A stretch of DNA of 38,024 nt from the IMG/VR virus record IMGVR_UViG_2703718860_000027, one strand, 5' to 3'. A program made the translations under genes and the position numbers. How positions within the stretch are numbered: the stretch's first letter is position 1; each line of letters opens with the position of its first letter. Source of the DNA: a virus (lineage: Duplodnaviria > Heunggongvirae > Uroviricota > Caudoviricetes). The notes beneath the pieces were generated by a model, which searched no databases, had not been told where the DNA came from, and saw only the letters and a list, made by a program, of their open reading frames with translations. Of this stretch, positions 23,536-36,735 are shown piece after piece.

Positions 23536-24252
23536 ATGCGTCCAGCAGGCCGTAGCAATAATCAGGTGCGTCCCGTTACCCTGACTCGTAACTATACAAA
23601 ACATGCAGAAGGCTCGGTGCTGGTCGAATTTGGCGATACCAAAGTGTTGTGTACCGCCTCTATTGAAGAAGGCGTGCCGCGCTTCCTGAAAGGTCAGGGC
23701 CAGGGCTGGATCACCGCAGAGTACGGCATGCTGCCACGTTCTACCCACACCCGTAACGCTCGTGAAGCGGCGAAAGGTAAGCAGGGTGGACGCACAATGG
23801 AAATCCAGCGTCTGATCGCCCGTGCTCTTCGCGCGGCAGTAGATTTGAAAGCGCTGGGTGAGTTCACCATTACGCTGGACTGCGACGTGCTTCAGGCTGA
23901 TGGTGGCACGCGTACCGCGTCGATTACGGGTGCCTGCGTGGCGCTGGCAGATGCGCTACAGAAGCTGGTGGAAAACGGCAAGCTGAAAACCAACCCGATG
24001 AAAGGGATGGTAGCCGCAGTTTCTGTCGGTATTGTAAACGGTGAAGCAATTTGCGATCTGGAATACGTTGAAGACTCAGCCGCAGAGACCGACATGAACG
24101 TAGTGATGACCGAAGACGGGCGCATCATTGAAGTGCAGGGGACGGCAGAAGGCGAGCCGTTCACCCATGAAGAGCTACTCACCTTGTTGGCGCTGGCCCG
24201 AGGGGGAATCGAATCCATTGTAGCGACGCAGAAGGCGGCGCTGGCAAACTGA
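23536..24252 (+). CDS. rph: Ribonuclease PH, full length
   Basis: 238 aa from [27 protein letters not shown]... The reading frame is intact, unlike the K-12 rph-1 frameshift allele. Confidence 0.93.
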   Translation: MRPAGRSNNQVRPVTLTRNYTKHAEGSVLVEFGDTKVLCTASIEEGVPRFLKGQGQGWITAEYGMLPRSTHTRNAREAAKGKQGGRTMEIQRLIARALRAAVDLKALGEFTITLDCDVLQADGGTRTASITGACVALADALQKLVENGKLKTNPMKGMVAAVSVGIVNGEAICDLEYVEDSAAETDMNVVMTEDGRIIEVQGTAEGEPFTHEELLTLLALARGGIESIVATQKAALAN

Positions 24253-24258
24253 TTTTTA

Positions 24259-24285
24259 AGGCGACTGATGAGTCGCCTTTTTTTT
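24259..24285 (+). terminator. pyrE attenuator / rph terminator hairpin
   Basis: AGGCGACT-gatg-AGTCGCCT followed by a T8 run, lying between the rph stop and the pyrE start. This is the known UTP-sensitive pyrE attenuator position. Confidence 0.8.
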
Positions 24286-24317
24286 GTCTGTAGAAAAGTA
24301 AGATGAGGAGCGAAGGC

Positions 24318-24959
24318 ATGAAACCATATCAGCGCCAGTTTATTGAATTTGCGCTTAGCAAGCAGGTGTTAAAGTTTGGCGAGTTTACGCTGAAATCCGG
24401 GCGCAAAAGCCCCTATTTCTTCAACGCCGGGCTGTTTAATACCGGGCGCGACCTGGCACTGTTAGGCCGTTTTTACGCTGAAGCATTGGTGGATTCTGGC
24501 ATTGAGTTCGATCTGCTGTTTGGCCCTGCTTACAAAGGGATCCCGATTGCGACCACTACCGCCGTGGCGCTGGCGGAGCATCATGACCTTGACCTGCCGT
24601 ACTGCTTTAACCGCAAAGAGGCAAAAGACCACGGTGAAGGCGGCAATCTGGTTGGTAGCGCGTTACAAGGACGCGTAATGCTGGTAGATGATGTGATCAC
24701 CGCCGGAACGGCGATTCGCGAATCGATGGAGATTATTCAGGCTAATGGCGCGACGCTTGCTGGCGTATTGATTTCGCTTGATCGTCAGGAACGGGGGCGC
24801 GGCGAGATTTCGGCGATTCAGGAAGTTGAGCGTGATTACAACTGCAAAGTGATCTCTATCATCACCCTGAAAGATCTGATTGCCTATCTGGAAGAGAAGC
24901 CGGAAATGGCGGAACATCTGGCGGCGGTTAAGGCCTATCGCGAAGAGTTTGGCGTTTAA
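24318..24959 (+). CDS. pyrE: Orotate phosphoribosyltransferase
   Basis: 213 aa from [36 protein letters not shown]..., matching PyrE. Confidence 0.95.
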
Positions 24960-24965
24960 AGAAAC

Positions 24966-24990
24966 TCGCCGGATGAAAAGTCATCCGGCG
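24966..24990. terminator. Bidirectional hairpin between convergent pyrE and slmA
   Basis: Inverted repeat CGCCGGATGA-aaag-TCATCCGGCG lying between the two stop codons. Confidence 0.5.
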
Positions 24991-24995
24991 TCATA

Positions 24996-25592
24996 TTACT
25001 GCAACTGCGCGGCAATTAGCGGCCAGCGGGCGTCAAAATCATCCGTCGGGCGGTATTTAAATTCGCTGCGGACAAAACGTGACAGCATACCTTCACAGAA
25101 GGCCAGGATCTGGCTTGCCAGCAGGGTTTCATCGGTGGTGTAACCTTCACCCTCACGCATTCTCTTTTCACGCAATACCTGGCGCAGCTGCGCTTCAATA
25201 CGCTCGAACAGCTGGTTGATACGCCCTTGCAGGCGATCCTGTTCAAACATCAGCGCATGACCAGTGAGGATGCGGGTCAGGCCAGGATTACGCTCACCAA
25301 AACCGAGAAGCAGCAACACAATCAGACGCAGGCGCGCTGTGGTGTCTTTCTCATCTTTCAGAATCAGGTTGATGCGAGTAATCAGGCTATCTTCGATAAA
25401 CTCAATCAGGCTATCGAACATGCGGGTCTTACTGGGGAAGTGGCGATACAGTGCCGCTTCGGAAACGCCGACAGAGGCGGCCAGTTTTGCCGTCGTGATA
25501 CGTTGGCTTCCATCGCTGGATTCCAGCATCAGCGCCAGAGACTGAAGTATTTCCTCGCGACGGTTCCTTTTCGCAGTTTGTTTTTCTGCCAT
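24996..25592 (-). CDS. slmA: Nucleoid occlusion factor SlmA (TetR family)
   Basis: 198 aa from [52 protein letters not shown]..., matching SlmA. Confidence 0.93.
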
Positions 25593-25698
25593 GTTACAAA
25601 ATACCCCTGAAAATAAGCACTTGCCAGGCGGCACCCACGCTATGACCGCAAACGAAATGTTTGCGGCTATGTTATGACGTTATTCGGATGCGTATGTG

Positions 25699-26154
25699 TT
25701 ACTGACGACCAGAGTGACCAAAGCCGCCTTCACCGCGGTCGGTGGCGTCGAAATCTTCCACCAGATTAAATTCAGCCTGTACTACCGGAACAAAAATCAT
25801 CTGGGCGATGCGTTCGCCAGGTTGAATGGTGAAGCTGTCCTGACCACGGTTCCACACGGAAATCATCAACTGGCCCTGATAGTCAGAATCGATCAATCCT
25901 ACCAGGTTACCAAGCACGATACCGTGCTTATGTCCCAATCCGGAGCGCGGCAGCATCATTGCCGCCAGTGAAGGATCGGCAATATGAATCGCCAGCCCGG
26001 TCGGAACCAGCGTAGTGTCACCCGGAGCCAGTTCTACGGCGTCGTCGAGACAGGCACGCAGGTCAAGTCCGGCAGAGCCAGAGGTGGCATAAGTCGGGAG
26101 CGGAAATTCCTTCCCAACGCGCGGGTCCAGAATCTTAACGTCGATTTTTTTCAT
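25699..26154 (-). CDS. dut: dUTP pyrophosphatase
   Basis: About 151 aa ([34 protein letters not shown]...) matching Dut. The start overlaps the coaBC 3' end. Confidence 0.93.
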
Positions 26155-27355
26155 CATAACGGGTCACGATCTCGTCGAGTAATAATTGGCCAAGGAGCTC
26201 TTTGCGCTCAAGCGGTAAGACTTTATCTCCGTCCTGCCAGAAAAGGTGTAATGCGTTGTTGTCGCTGTTAAATCCTTGAGTTGGCTGGGAAACATCGTTC
26301 GCGCAGATCAGATCAAGGTTTTTACGGATACGTTTTTGCCGGGCGTATTCTTCCACATTATTTGTTTCGGCGGCAAATCCAACGACGTAGGGTCGATGGT
26401 CTTTTAGTGCGGCAACGCCTGCGACGATATCGGGGTTTTTAACCATTTTTATTGTTAATTCATCACCCTGCGTGGCCTGCTTTTTGATTTTCTCTGGGGC
26501 CACGGTAGCTGCGCGATAATCCGCCACGGCGGCGCAGCCGATAAAAATATTTTGCTGCTGTACAGAAGCATTCACGGCGGCTTCCATTTCCAGCGCGGTC
26601 ATCACATCAACACGTTTAACAAACGGTGGCGTCGGTAGTGAAACCGGACCTGATACCAGCGTGACGTTCGCGCCACGACGGGCAGCGGCGGCGGCGATAG
26701 CAAAACCCATCTTGCCGGAGCTGTGATTAGAGATATAACGCACGGGATCGAGCGGTTCACGCGTCGGGCCGGCGGTAATCATAATGTTCAGATGTTTCAG
26801 GTCGTTGACGGGCGAAAAATGCGCTACCGCCATATCCACAATGGTTAACGGATCGAGCATTCGCCCAGGACCGATATCACCACAAGCCTGACTGCCACTG
26901 TCTGGCCCCCAGATGAGCAAACCACGGGAAGCAAGCACCTCTAAATTATGCTGCGTGGCAGCGGCACGGTACATCTGCTGGTTCATGGCGGGGAGCACGG
27001 CTACAGGCGCAGGTGTAGCCAGACAAATCGTCGATACCAGGTCATTCGCCATTCCGGCAGCAACACGGGCAATCAAATCTGCCGTGGCAGGGGCGAGAAT
27101 CACTAAATCAGCCCATTTACCCAGCTCAATATGGCCCATAGCGGCTTCGGCTGCCGGGTCCAGCAGACTGTCGGAAACGGGATAACCAGAAACCGCCTGC
27201 AAGCTAAGTGGGGTGATAAAGGCTTTTGCCGCTTCGGTCATGGCTACGCGGACGTCGGCCCCGCGATCGCGCAAACGACGCACCAGTTCAGGGGTTTTAT
27301 AGGCAGCAATACCGCCGCTAACGCCGAGAACGATTTTTTTACCGGCCAGGCTCAT
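26135..27355 (-). CDS. coaBC: Bifunctional phosphopantothenoylcysteine decarboxylase / synthetase
   Basis: 406 aa from [28 protein letters not shown]..., matching Dfp/CoaBC. The ORF-track start at 27427 is probably too early. Confidence 0.93.
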
Positions 27356-27526
27356 GATGATTTTTCCTGTTGGGTGACACCAGAAGTTGGCGATTTTATC
27401 ACAATACTTTTGTTGTCGTGCCTTCACCTGAGAATCACTTTGCGAGGCGCTTTCCAGGATTGAAAACTGGCCGTCGATTTAACGGAACGGCTATGACAGG
27501 ATGCGAGCACCACAAAGGAGGTGAAG

Positions 27527-28195
27527 GTGAAAAACAATTCACAGCTGTTGATGCCGCGCGAAAAAATGCTGAAGTTTGGTATTAGCGCCTTAACGGATGT
27601 CGAGCTGCTGGCGCTATTTCTGCGTACCGGAACGCGCGGTAAAGATGTATTAACCCTGGCAAAAGAGATGCTGGAGAATTTCGGCTCTCTTTATGGCTTG
27701 TTAACCTCTGAATATGAACAATTTAGTGGCGTTCATGGAATTGGCGTGGCGAAATTTGCCCAGTTAAAGGGGATTGCTGAACTGGCGCGGCGTTACTACA
27801 ACGTGCGGATGCGTGAAGAAAGCCCTTTACTCAGCCCGGAGATGACGAGGGAATTTTTACAAAGCCAGCTCACGGGTGAGGAGCGGGAGATCTTTATGGT
27901 GATCTTTCTCGACTCCCAACACCGGGTTATAACGCATAGCCGTCTTTTTTCCGGCACGCTAAACCATGTTGAAGTCCATCCTCGGGAAATTATCCGCGAA
28001 GCGATAAAAATAAACGCCTCGGCGCTGATCCTTGCACATAATCACCCTTCGGGTTGTGCTGAACCCAGTAAAGCGGATAAACTCATTACTGAACGGATAA
28101 TAAAGAGTTGTCAGTTCATGGATTTACGCGTGCTCGACCATATCGTGATTGGGCGTGGAGAGTATGTTTCTTTTGCCGAACGCGGCTGGATTTAA
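27527..28195 (+). CDS. yicR: RadC-like JAB-domain protein (UPF0758) YicR
   Basis: About 222 aa from a GTG start preceded by AAGGAG, with the JAMM motif (HNHPSG). Start-codon choice between 27521 and 27527 is uncertain. Confidence 0.85.
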   Translation: MKNNSQLLMPREKMLKFGISALTDVELLALFLRTGTRGKDVLTLAKEMLENFGSLYGLLTSEYEQFSGVHGIGVAKFAQLKGIAELARRYYNVRMREESPLLSPEMTREFLQSQLTGEEREIFMVIFLDSQHRVITHSRLFSGTLNHVEVHPREIIREAIKINASALILAHNHPSGCAEPSKADKLITERIIKSCQFMDLRVLDHIVIGRGEYVSFAERGWI

Positions 28196-28390
28196 CCCGC
28201 TATGCGCGATCCTTCGGGATCTTTGTCTGTTCGGGACTTGAGCACATCGCTGAGTCAGCGTATACTACGCCACCTTTGAGAATCTCGGGTTTGGCATTTG
28301 GGCCTGGCAATCGAGAGTTCACATAGAACTGCGATGACCGGGCTGTAAAGCCTGACGAGGCGCCAATACCCCATACGAAGCTCGAGCTAA

Positions 28391-28648
<258 letters not shown>

Positions 28649-28665
28649 GTACTTAGAGGAAATAA

Positions 28666-28836
<171 letters not shown>

Positions 28837-28854
28837 TTCTCGCTTTGATGTAAC

Positions 28855-28883
28855 AAAAAACCTCGCTCCGGCGGGGTTTTTTG
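28855..28883 (+). terminator. Rho-independent terminator of the rpmBG operon
   Basis: CCTCGC-tccg-GCGGGG hairpin followed by TTTTTTG, directly after the rpmG stop. Confidence 0.65.
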
Positions 28884-28933
28884 TTATCTGCTTGCCCCCA
28901 TATTGACTGCATCTGTTCATTCCTGGAGATGCT

Positions 28934-29743
28934 ATGCCTGAATTACCCGAAGTTGAAACCAGCCGCCGCGGCATAGAACCGCATCTCGTTGGTGCAACCA
29001 TTCTTCATGCGGTGGTGCGCAACGGACGCTTGCGCTGGCCGGTTTCAGAAGAGATCTACCGTTTAAGCGACCAACCAGTGCTTAGCGTGCAGCGGCGGGC
29101 TAAATATCTGCTGCTGGAGCTGCCTGAGGGCTGGATTATCATTCATTTGGGGATGTCTGGCAGCCTGCGCATCCTTCCAGAAGAACTTCCCCCTGAAAAG
29201 CATGACCATGTGGATTTGGTGATGAGCAACGGCAAAGTGCTGCGCTACACCGATCCGCGCCGCTTTGGTGCCTGGCTGTGGACCAAAGAGCTGGAAGGGC
29301 ACAACGTGCTGGCTCATCTTGGACCGGAGCCGCTTAGCGACGATTTCAATGGTGAGTATCTGCATCAGAAGTGCGCGAAGAAAAAAACGGCGATTAAACC
29401 GTGGCTGATGGATAACAAGCTGGTGGTAGGGGTAGGGAATATCTATGCCAGCGAATCACTGTTTGCGGCGGGGATCCATCCGGATCGGCTGGCGTCATCA
29501 CTGTCGCTGGCAGAGTGTGAATTGTTAGCTCGGGTGATTAAAGCGGTGTTGCTGCGTTCGATTGAGCAGGGTGGTACAACGCTGAAAGATTTTCTGCAAA
29601 GTGATGGTAAACCGGGCTATTTCGCACAGGAATTGCAGGTTTACGGGCGAAAAGGCGAGCCGTGTCGGGTGTGCGGTACGCCGATTGTGGCGACTAAACA
29701 TGCGCAGCGGGCAACGTTTTATTGTCGGCAGTGCCAGAAGTAA
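28934..29743 (+). CDS. mutM: Formamidopyrimidine-DNA glycosylase (Fpg/MutM)
   Basis: 269-aa ORF starting MPELPEVE with a C-terminal zinc finger (CRVCGTPI...CRQCQK), matching MutM. Confidence 0.95.
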
Positions 29744-29752
29744 TTCATGCGC

Positions 29753-29773
29753 GCCGGATGGCATACCATCCGG
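29753..29773. terminator. Bidirectional hairpin between convergent mutM and coaD
   Basis: Inverted repeat GCCGGATGG-catac-CATCCGGC lying between the two stop codons. Confidence 0.5.
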
Positions 29774-29781
29774 CATAAACG

Positions 29782-31546
<1,765 letters not shown>

Positions 31547-31870
31547 AGTAAATAGCTGACTTATGGATGTGCTGGGGATTCTATGTATTTAGCTGTGGCT
31601 TTACCATTACTTTTCCCGTTTTTGACTTAAATAGCAATTTACCCGCCAATTCTTGCTGAACATCTATACTTTTTTTGTATTTTTATGCGATTCATTGATT
31701 TCTGCTGTACGTGCAGGAAGGAATCGCAGAGCAACAGTGAAAGAATATGGTTGCTAATGATTTTATTTGATTGATTTCTTTATTGAAAATCAACAATGTG
31801 CTTAAAAATCATTCGGGTCGGATTGCCGCGAAAGAAGTGATACACTAGCGCGTCAATATCAGTGCGGTAT

Positions 31871-31910
31871 CAGTATTCAGGTAGCTGTTGAGCCTGGGGC
31901 GGTAGCGTGC
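31871..31910 (+). promoter_or_regulatory. JUMPStart element with ops site (GGCGGTAGCGTG) in the waaQ leader
   Basis: The exact 12-nt ops motif is at 31898-31909, inside a conserved JUMPStart-like context, about 50 nt upstream of the waaQ start. This is the known RfaH recruitment site for the waaQ operon. Confidence 0.85.
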
Positions 31911-31958
31911 TTTTTCTGCTTCACCTTAATCGGATAATCTCAACAAAAAGAGTTACTT

Positions 31959-33017
31959 GTGGATAAGCCATTTCGAAGAATTTTGCTCATTAAGATGCGT
32001 TTTCATGGGGATATGTTATTAACTACTCCCGTCATTAGTTCGCTGAAAAAAAATTACCCTGACGCAAAAATCGATGTGCTGCTTTATCAGGACACCATCC
32101 CGATCCTGTCTGAAAATCCAGAGATTAACGCGCTCTACGGCATAAAAAATAAAAAAGCAAAAGCCTCAGAAAAAATTGCCAACTTTTTTCATCTCATCAA
32201 GGTATTACGTGCCAATAAGTATGACCTTATCGTCAATCTTACCGATCAATGGATGGTTGCTATACTGGTTCGCTTATTAAATGCCCGTGTGAAAATTTCC
32301 CAGGATTATCATCATCGGCAGTCTGCTTTTTGGCGTAAAAGTTTCACCCATTTGGTGCCGTTGCAGGGTGGAAATGTGGTGGAAAGTAACTTATCCGTGC
32401 TGACACCATTGGGACTTGATTCGTTGGTGAAGCAGACAACCATGAGTTACCCGCCTGCAAGCTGGAAACGTATGCGTCGCGAACTTGATCACGCTGGTGT
32501 TGGACAAAATTATGTGGTTATCCAACCTACGGCGCGGCAAATCTTCAAATGCTGGGACAACGCCAAGTTTTCCGCTGTGATTGATGCCTTACATGCTCGT
32601 GGTTATGAAGTCGTTCTGACGTCCGGCCCAGATAAAGACGATCTGGCCTGCGTCAATGAAATTGCGCAGGGATGCCAGACGCCACCAGTAACGGCGCTGG
32701 CTGGAAAGGTGACCTTCCCGGAACTTGGTGCGTTAATCGATCATGCGCAGCTGTTTATTGGCGTTGATTCCGCACCGGCGCATATTGCCGCTGCAGTTAA
32801 TACGCCGCTGATATCGCTGTTTGGTGCGACAGATCATATTTTCTGGCGTCCCTGGTCAAATAACATGATTCAATTCTGGGCGGGAGATTACCGGGAAATG
32901 CCAACGCGCGATCAGCGTGACCGAAATGAGATGTATCTTTCGGTTATTCCGGCGGCAGATGTCATTGCTGCTGTCGATAAATTACTGCCCTCCTCCACGA
33001 CAGGTACGTCGTTATGA
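31959..33017 (+). CDS. waaQ: LPS core heptosyltransferase III
   Basis: GT9 heptosyltransferase matching WaaQ. The ORF track uses GTG at 31959; the ATG at 31995 (MRFHGDML...) is an alternative start. Confidence 0.9.
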   Translation: MDKPFRRILLIKMRFHGDMLLTTPVISSLKKNYPDAKIDVLLYQDTIPILSENPEINALYGIKNKKAKASEKIANFFHLIKVLRANKYDLIVNLTDQWMVAILVRLLNARVKISQDYHHRQSAFWRKSFTHLVPLQGGNVVESNLSVLTPLGLDSLVKQTTMSYPPASWKRMRRELDHAGVGQNYVVIQPTARQIFKCWDNAKFSAVIDALHARGYEVVLTSGPDKDDLACVNEIAQGCQTPPVTALAGKVTFPELGALIDHAQLFIGVDSAPAHIAAAVNTPLISLFGATDHIFWRPWSNNMIQFWAGDYREMPTRDQRDRNEMYLSVIPAADVIAAVDKLLPSSTTGTSL

Positions 33018-34138
33018 TCGTTGCTTTTTGTTTATATAAATATTTTCCCTTTGGCGGTTTGCAGCGTGATTTTATGCGTATTGCTCAGACAGTCGCCGCC
33101 CGAGGTCATCATGTTCGGGTTTATACCCAGTCGTGGGAAGGCGAATGCCCTGATGTATTTGAACTGATCAAAGTGCCGGTTAAATCGCATACCAATCACG
33201 GGCGCAATGCGGAGTATTTTGCCTGGGTGCAAAAACATTTACGCGAACATCCCGTCGATAAAGTCGTTGGATTCAACAAAATGCCGGGGCTGGACGTTTA
33301 TTATGCCGCTGATGTTTGTTATGCCGAGAAAGTAGCGCAGGAAAAAGGCTTTTTCTATCGCCTGACGTCACGTTATCGCCATTATGCCGCCTTTGAGCGG
33401 GCAACCTTCGAACAGGGCAAGCCGACACAGCTGCTGATGCTGACAGATAAGCAAATCGCCGATTTCCAGAAACATTATCAGACTGAAGCGGAGCGTTTTC
33501 ATATTCTGCCACCGGGGATTTATCCTGATCGTAAATATAGCCAGCAGCCAGCCAATAGCCGTGAAATCTTCCGTAAGAAGAATGGAATAACCGAACAACA
33601 ATATTTATTGTTGCAGGTCGGTTCAGACTTCACGCGTAAAGGTGTCGATCGTTCCATTGAAGCACTTGCTTCGTTACCGGATTCGCTGCGCCACAACACA
33701 TTGCTATATGTTGTTGGGCAGGATAAACCGCGAAAATTTGAGGCGCTGGCAGAAAAACGCGGCGTGCGCAGTAATGTTCACTTTTTCTCGGGGCGCAATG
33801 ATGTCTCGGAATTAATGGCGGCGGCGGATTTATTACTGCATCCTGCCTACCAGGAAGCGGCGGGAATTGTGCTGCTGGAAGCGATTACTGCAGGATTACC
33901 GGTACTAACAACAGCCGTTTGTGGCTATGCGCATTATATTGTCGACGCTAATTGCGGCGAGGCTATTGCTGAGCCATTCCGCCAGGAAACATTGAATGAG
34001 ATTTTACGCAAAGCGTTAACGCAATCTTCATTGCGCCAGGCCTGGGCGGAAAATGCGCGACATTATGCTGATACACAAGATTTATACAGTCTGCCAGAGA
34101 AAGCGGCGGATATCATAACGGGTGGTCTGGATGGTTGA
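33014..34138 (+). CDS. waaG: LPS core glucosyltransferase I (GT4)
   Basis: 374-aa ORF matching WaaG. Its start overlaps the waaQ stop (ATGA). Confidence 0.94.
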   Translation: MIVAFCLYKYFPFGGLQRDFMRIAQTVAARGHHVRVYTQSWEGECPDVFELIKVPVKSHTNHGRNAEYFAWVQKHLREHPVDKVVGFNKMPGLDVYYAADVCYAEKVAQEKGFFYRLTSRYRHYAAFERATFEQGKPTQLLMLTDKQIADFQKHYQTEAERFHILPPGIYPDRKYSQQPANSREIFRKKNGITEQQYLLLQVGSDFTRKGVDRSIEALASLPDSLRHNTLLYVVGQDKPRKFEALAEKRGVRSNVHFFSGRNDVSELMAAADLLLHPAYQEAAGIVLLEAITAGLPVLTTAVCGYAHYIVDANCGEAIAEPFRQETLNEILRKALTQSSLRQAWAENARHYADTQDLYSLPEKAADIITGGLDG

Positions 34139-34928
34139 ACTTAAAGAGCCGTTTGCCACGTTATGGCGCGGCAAAGATCCTTTTGAGGAAGTTAAAACCT
34201 TGCAGGGTGAGGTATTTCGTGAACTGGAAACTCGCCGTACTCTGCGCTTTGAAATGGCGGGCAAAAGCTATTTTCTCAAATGGCATCGCGGCACGACCCT
34301 GAAAGAGATAATCAAAAATTTACTCTCATTGCGGATGCCAGTATTAGGCGCTGACCGCGAATGGAATGCGATTCATCGACTGCGGGATGTCGGCGTTGAT
34401 ACTATGTATGGGGTGGCATTTGGCGAAAAAGGCATGAATCCGCTGACCAGAACTTCATTTATTATTACCGAAGATCTGACACCAACCATAAGTCTTGAAG
34501 ATTACAGTGCTGACTGGGCGACTAACCCTCCAGATGTTCGCGTAAAGCGTATGCTTATTAAGCGTGTCGCGACGATGGTGCGCGATATGCATGCTGCGGG
34601 CATTAACCACCGTGACTGTTATATCTGTCATTTCCTGCTGCACTTGCCTTTTTCCGGTAAGGAAGAGGAGTTAAAAATTTCGGTAATTGACCTGCACCGG
34701 GCGCAGCTTCGCACGCGCGTTCCACGTCGTTGGCGGGATAAAGATCTTATTGGGCTTTATTTTTCTTCGATGAATATCGGCCTGACTCAGCGGGATATCT
34801 GGCGGTTTATGAAAGTGTATTTTGCCGCCCCGCTTAAAGACATTCTCAAGCAGGAACAAGGACTGCTGTCGCAAGCAGAAGCAAAAGCCACAAAAATCAG
34901 GGAAAGAACGATTCGAAAATCGTTGTAA
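34131..34928 (+). CDS. waaP: LPS core heptose(I) kinase
   Basis: 265 aa from [21 protein letters not shown]..., matching WaaP. Overlaps the waaG stop by 8 nt. Confidence 0.93.
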   Translation: MVELKEPFATLWRGKDPFEEVKTLQGEVFRELETRRTLRFEMAGKSYFLKWHRGTTLKEIIKNLLSLRMPVLGADREWNAIHRLRDVGVDTMYGVAFGEKGMNPLTRTSFIITEDLTPTISLEDYSADWATNPPDVRVKRMLIKRVATMVRDMHAAGINHRDCYICHFLLHLPFSGKEEELKISVIDLHRAQLRTRVPRRWRDKDLIGLYFSSMNIGLTQRDIWRFMKVYFAAPLKDILKQEQGLLSQAEAKATKIRERTIRKSL

Positions 34929-34970
34929 CCCGTAACTTATTTTTGCCAAAATTTTGGATACAGAATAAAT

Positions 34971-35978
34971 ATGTCTCAACTCAATGATAGTGACATCATC
35001 CTTTTTGAGTATAATTTTCATTATCAAAATATAAGATCTAAAAATACTCTTGATATAGCATTTGGTATTGACAGAAATTTTCTTTTTGGATGTGGTGTAG
35101 CCATCGCATCTATTCTATTAAACAATAGAGAAATCTCTTGTGAATTTCATGTTTTCACAGATTATATCAGTGATAAAGACAAATTATATTTTTCTGATTT
35201 AGCAAAACAATATAATTCAAGAATTAATATTTATGTTATCAATTGTGATAAGCTGAAGTCATTACCAAGCACGAAAAACTGGACTTACGCAACATATTTT
35301 CGATTTATAATTGCAGATTATTTCTATCATAAACATGAAAAAATACTATATCTTGATGCAGATATTGCTTGCAAGGGTAGTATTAAAGAACTCTTAGATT
35401 ATCAATTTTCTACTAATGAAATTGCCGCAGTTGTAGCTGAAAGAGATGTTGAATGGTGGCAAAATCGAGCCTCGGTATTAACTACACCACAGTTAGCTTC
35501 TGGATATTTCAATGCTGGTTTTTTACTGATAAATATTGATGAGTGGAATCTAAATAACATTTCGTCAAAAGCTATTGAAATGTTGCGTGACCCAGATTGG
35601 GTAAGTAAAATCACCCACCTTGATCAAGATGTACTGAATGTATTATTGAATGGTAAAGTGAAGTTTATTTCGGAGAAATATAATACCCGATATAGTATTA
35701 ACTATGAATTAAAAGACAAAGTTGATAATCCAGTCAATGATGACACCGTGTTTATACACTATGTGGGACCTACAAAACCCTGGCATGAGTGGGCTGACTA
35801 TCCGGTGTCACGTAGTTTTTTGATCGCCAAAGCAGCTTCTCCGTGGAGTAAAGAAGATTTACTTAAACCTGTAAATAGCAATCAGTATCGGTATTGTGCA
35901 AAACATAAATTTAAACAAAAGCATTATATGGCAGGCATTTTTAATTATTTAAAGTATTATAAAGAAAAATGCTTCTAA
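34971..35978 (+). CDS. waaI: LPS outer-core glycosyltransferase, family GT8 (WaaI-like by R3-type gene order)
   Basis: 335-aa ORF with GT8 features (DxD context YLDADI, HY.G..KPW). Low GC. Sits between waaP and waaY, as in the R3 core locus; the symbol is assigned by synteny only. Confidence 0.6.
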   Translation: MSQLNDSDIILFEYNFHYQNIRSKNTLDIAFGIDRNFLFGCGVAIASILLNNREISCEFHVFTDYISDKDKLYFSDLAKQYNSRINIYVINCDKLKSLPSTKNWTYATYFRFIIADYFYHKHEKILYLDADIACKGSIKELLDYQFSTNEIAAVVAERDVEWWQNRASVLTTPQLASGYFNAGFLLINIDEWNLNNISSKAIEMLRDPDWVSKITHLDQDVLNVLLNGKVKFISEKYNTRYSINYELKDKVDNPVNDDTVFIHYVGPTKPWHEWADYPVSRSFLIAKAASPWSKEDLLKPVNSNQYRYCAKHKFKQKHYMAGIFNYLKYYKEKCF

Positions 35979-36003
35979 AGATTTAAGGTTAAAATAATTC
36001 ATT

Positions 36004-36711
36004 ATGATATATAATAAAACGATAAATGGGTTGAAAGTTTTCATAAAAGATAATGATCCCTTTTATGAGCAAGTTCTAAATGACTTTTTAACTTGCAGGG
36101 TTAAAACATTAAAAGTTTTTCGTTCGATTGATGATACTAAAGTCATTCTTATTGACACTGCTCGTGGACCTCTTGTACTTAAAGTTTATGCGCCAAAGCA
36201 TAAAATGACCGAACGTTTCTTAAAATCTTGCATAAAAAAAGATTATTATGAAAATTTAATTTATCAAACCGATCGGGTACGTGGTGAAGGCATCCAATCA
36301 ATTAATGACTATTTTTTGCTAGCTGAACGTAAAACATTAAATTTCGCTCATTATTATATTATGCTCATTGAGTATATTGAAGGTGTCGGGTTAAATGAGT
36401 ATTTGGAAATTTCTGAAGATCTGAAGGATCAATTATCAGAATCGATAAAAGAGTTGCATCAGCATGGAATGGTGTCTGGCGATCCTCATAAAGGAAATTT
36501 TATAGTATCCGAAAAAGGTTTAAGACTAATTGACCTTTCAGGTAAAAAAACAACCGCTGTTTTAAAAGCAAAAGATCGCATTGATCTTGAACGGCACTAT
36601 AATATAAAAAATGAATTGAAAGACTTTGGCTATACATATCTTATATTCAAAAAGAAAATTAAAAAAGTAATCAGGGATGTAAAAGTCAAACTAGGATTGA
36701 AGAGCAAATAA
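36004..36711 (+). CDS. waaY: LPS core heptose(II) kinase
   Basis: 235-aa ORF resembling WaaY, a small kinase-like protein, in a low-GC context. Confidence 0.75.
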   Translation: MIYNKTINGLKVFIKDNDPFYEQVLNDFLTCRVKTLKVFRSIDDTKVILIDTARGPLVLKVYAPKHKMTERFLKSCIKKDYYENLIYQTDRVRGEGIQSINDYFLLAERKTLNFAHYYIMLIEYIEGVGLNEYLEISEDLKDQLSESIKELHQHGMVSGDPHKGNFIVSEKGLRLIDLSGKKTTAVLKAKDRIDLERHYNIKNELKDFGYTYLIFKKKIKKVIRDVKVKLGLKSK

Positions 36712-36735
36712 TGATTATGATGAAGGGTAATTAAA

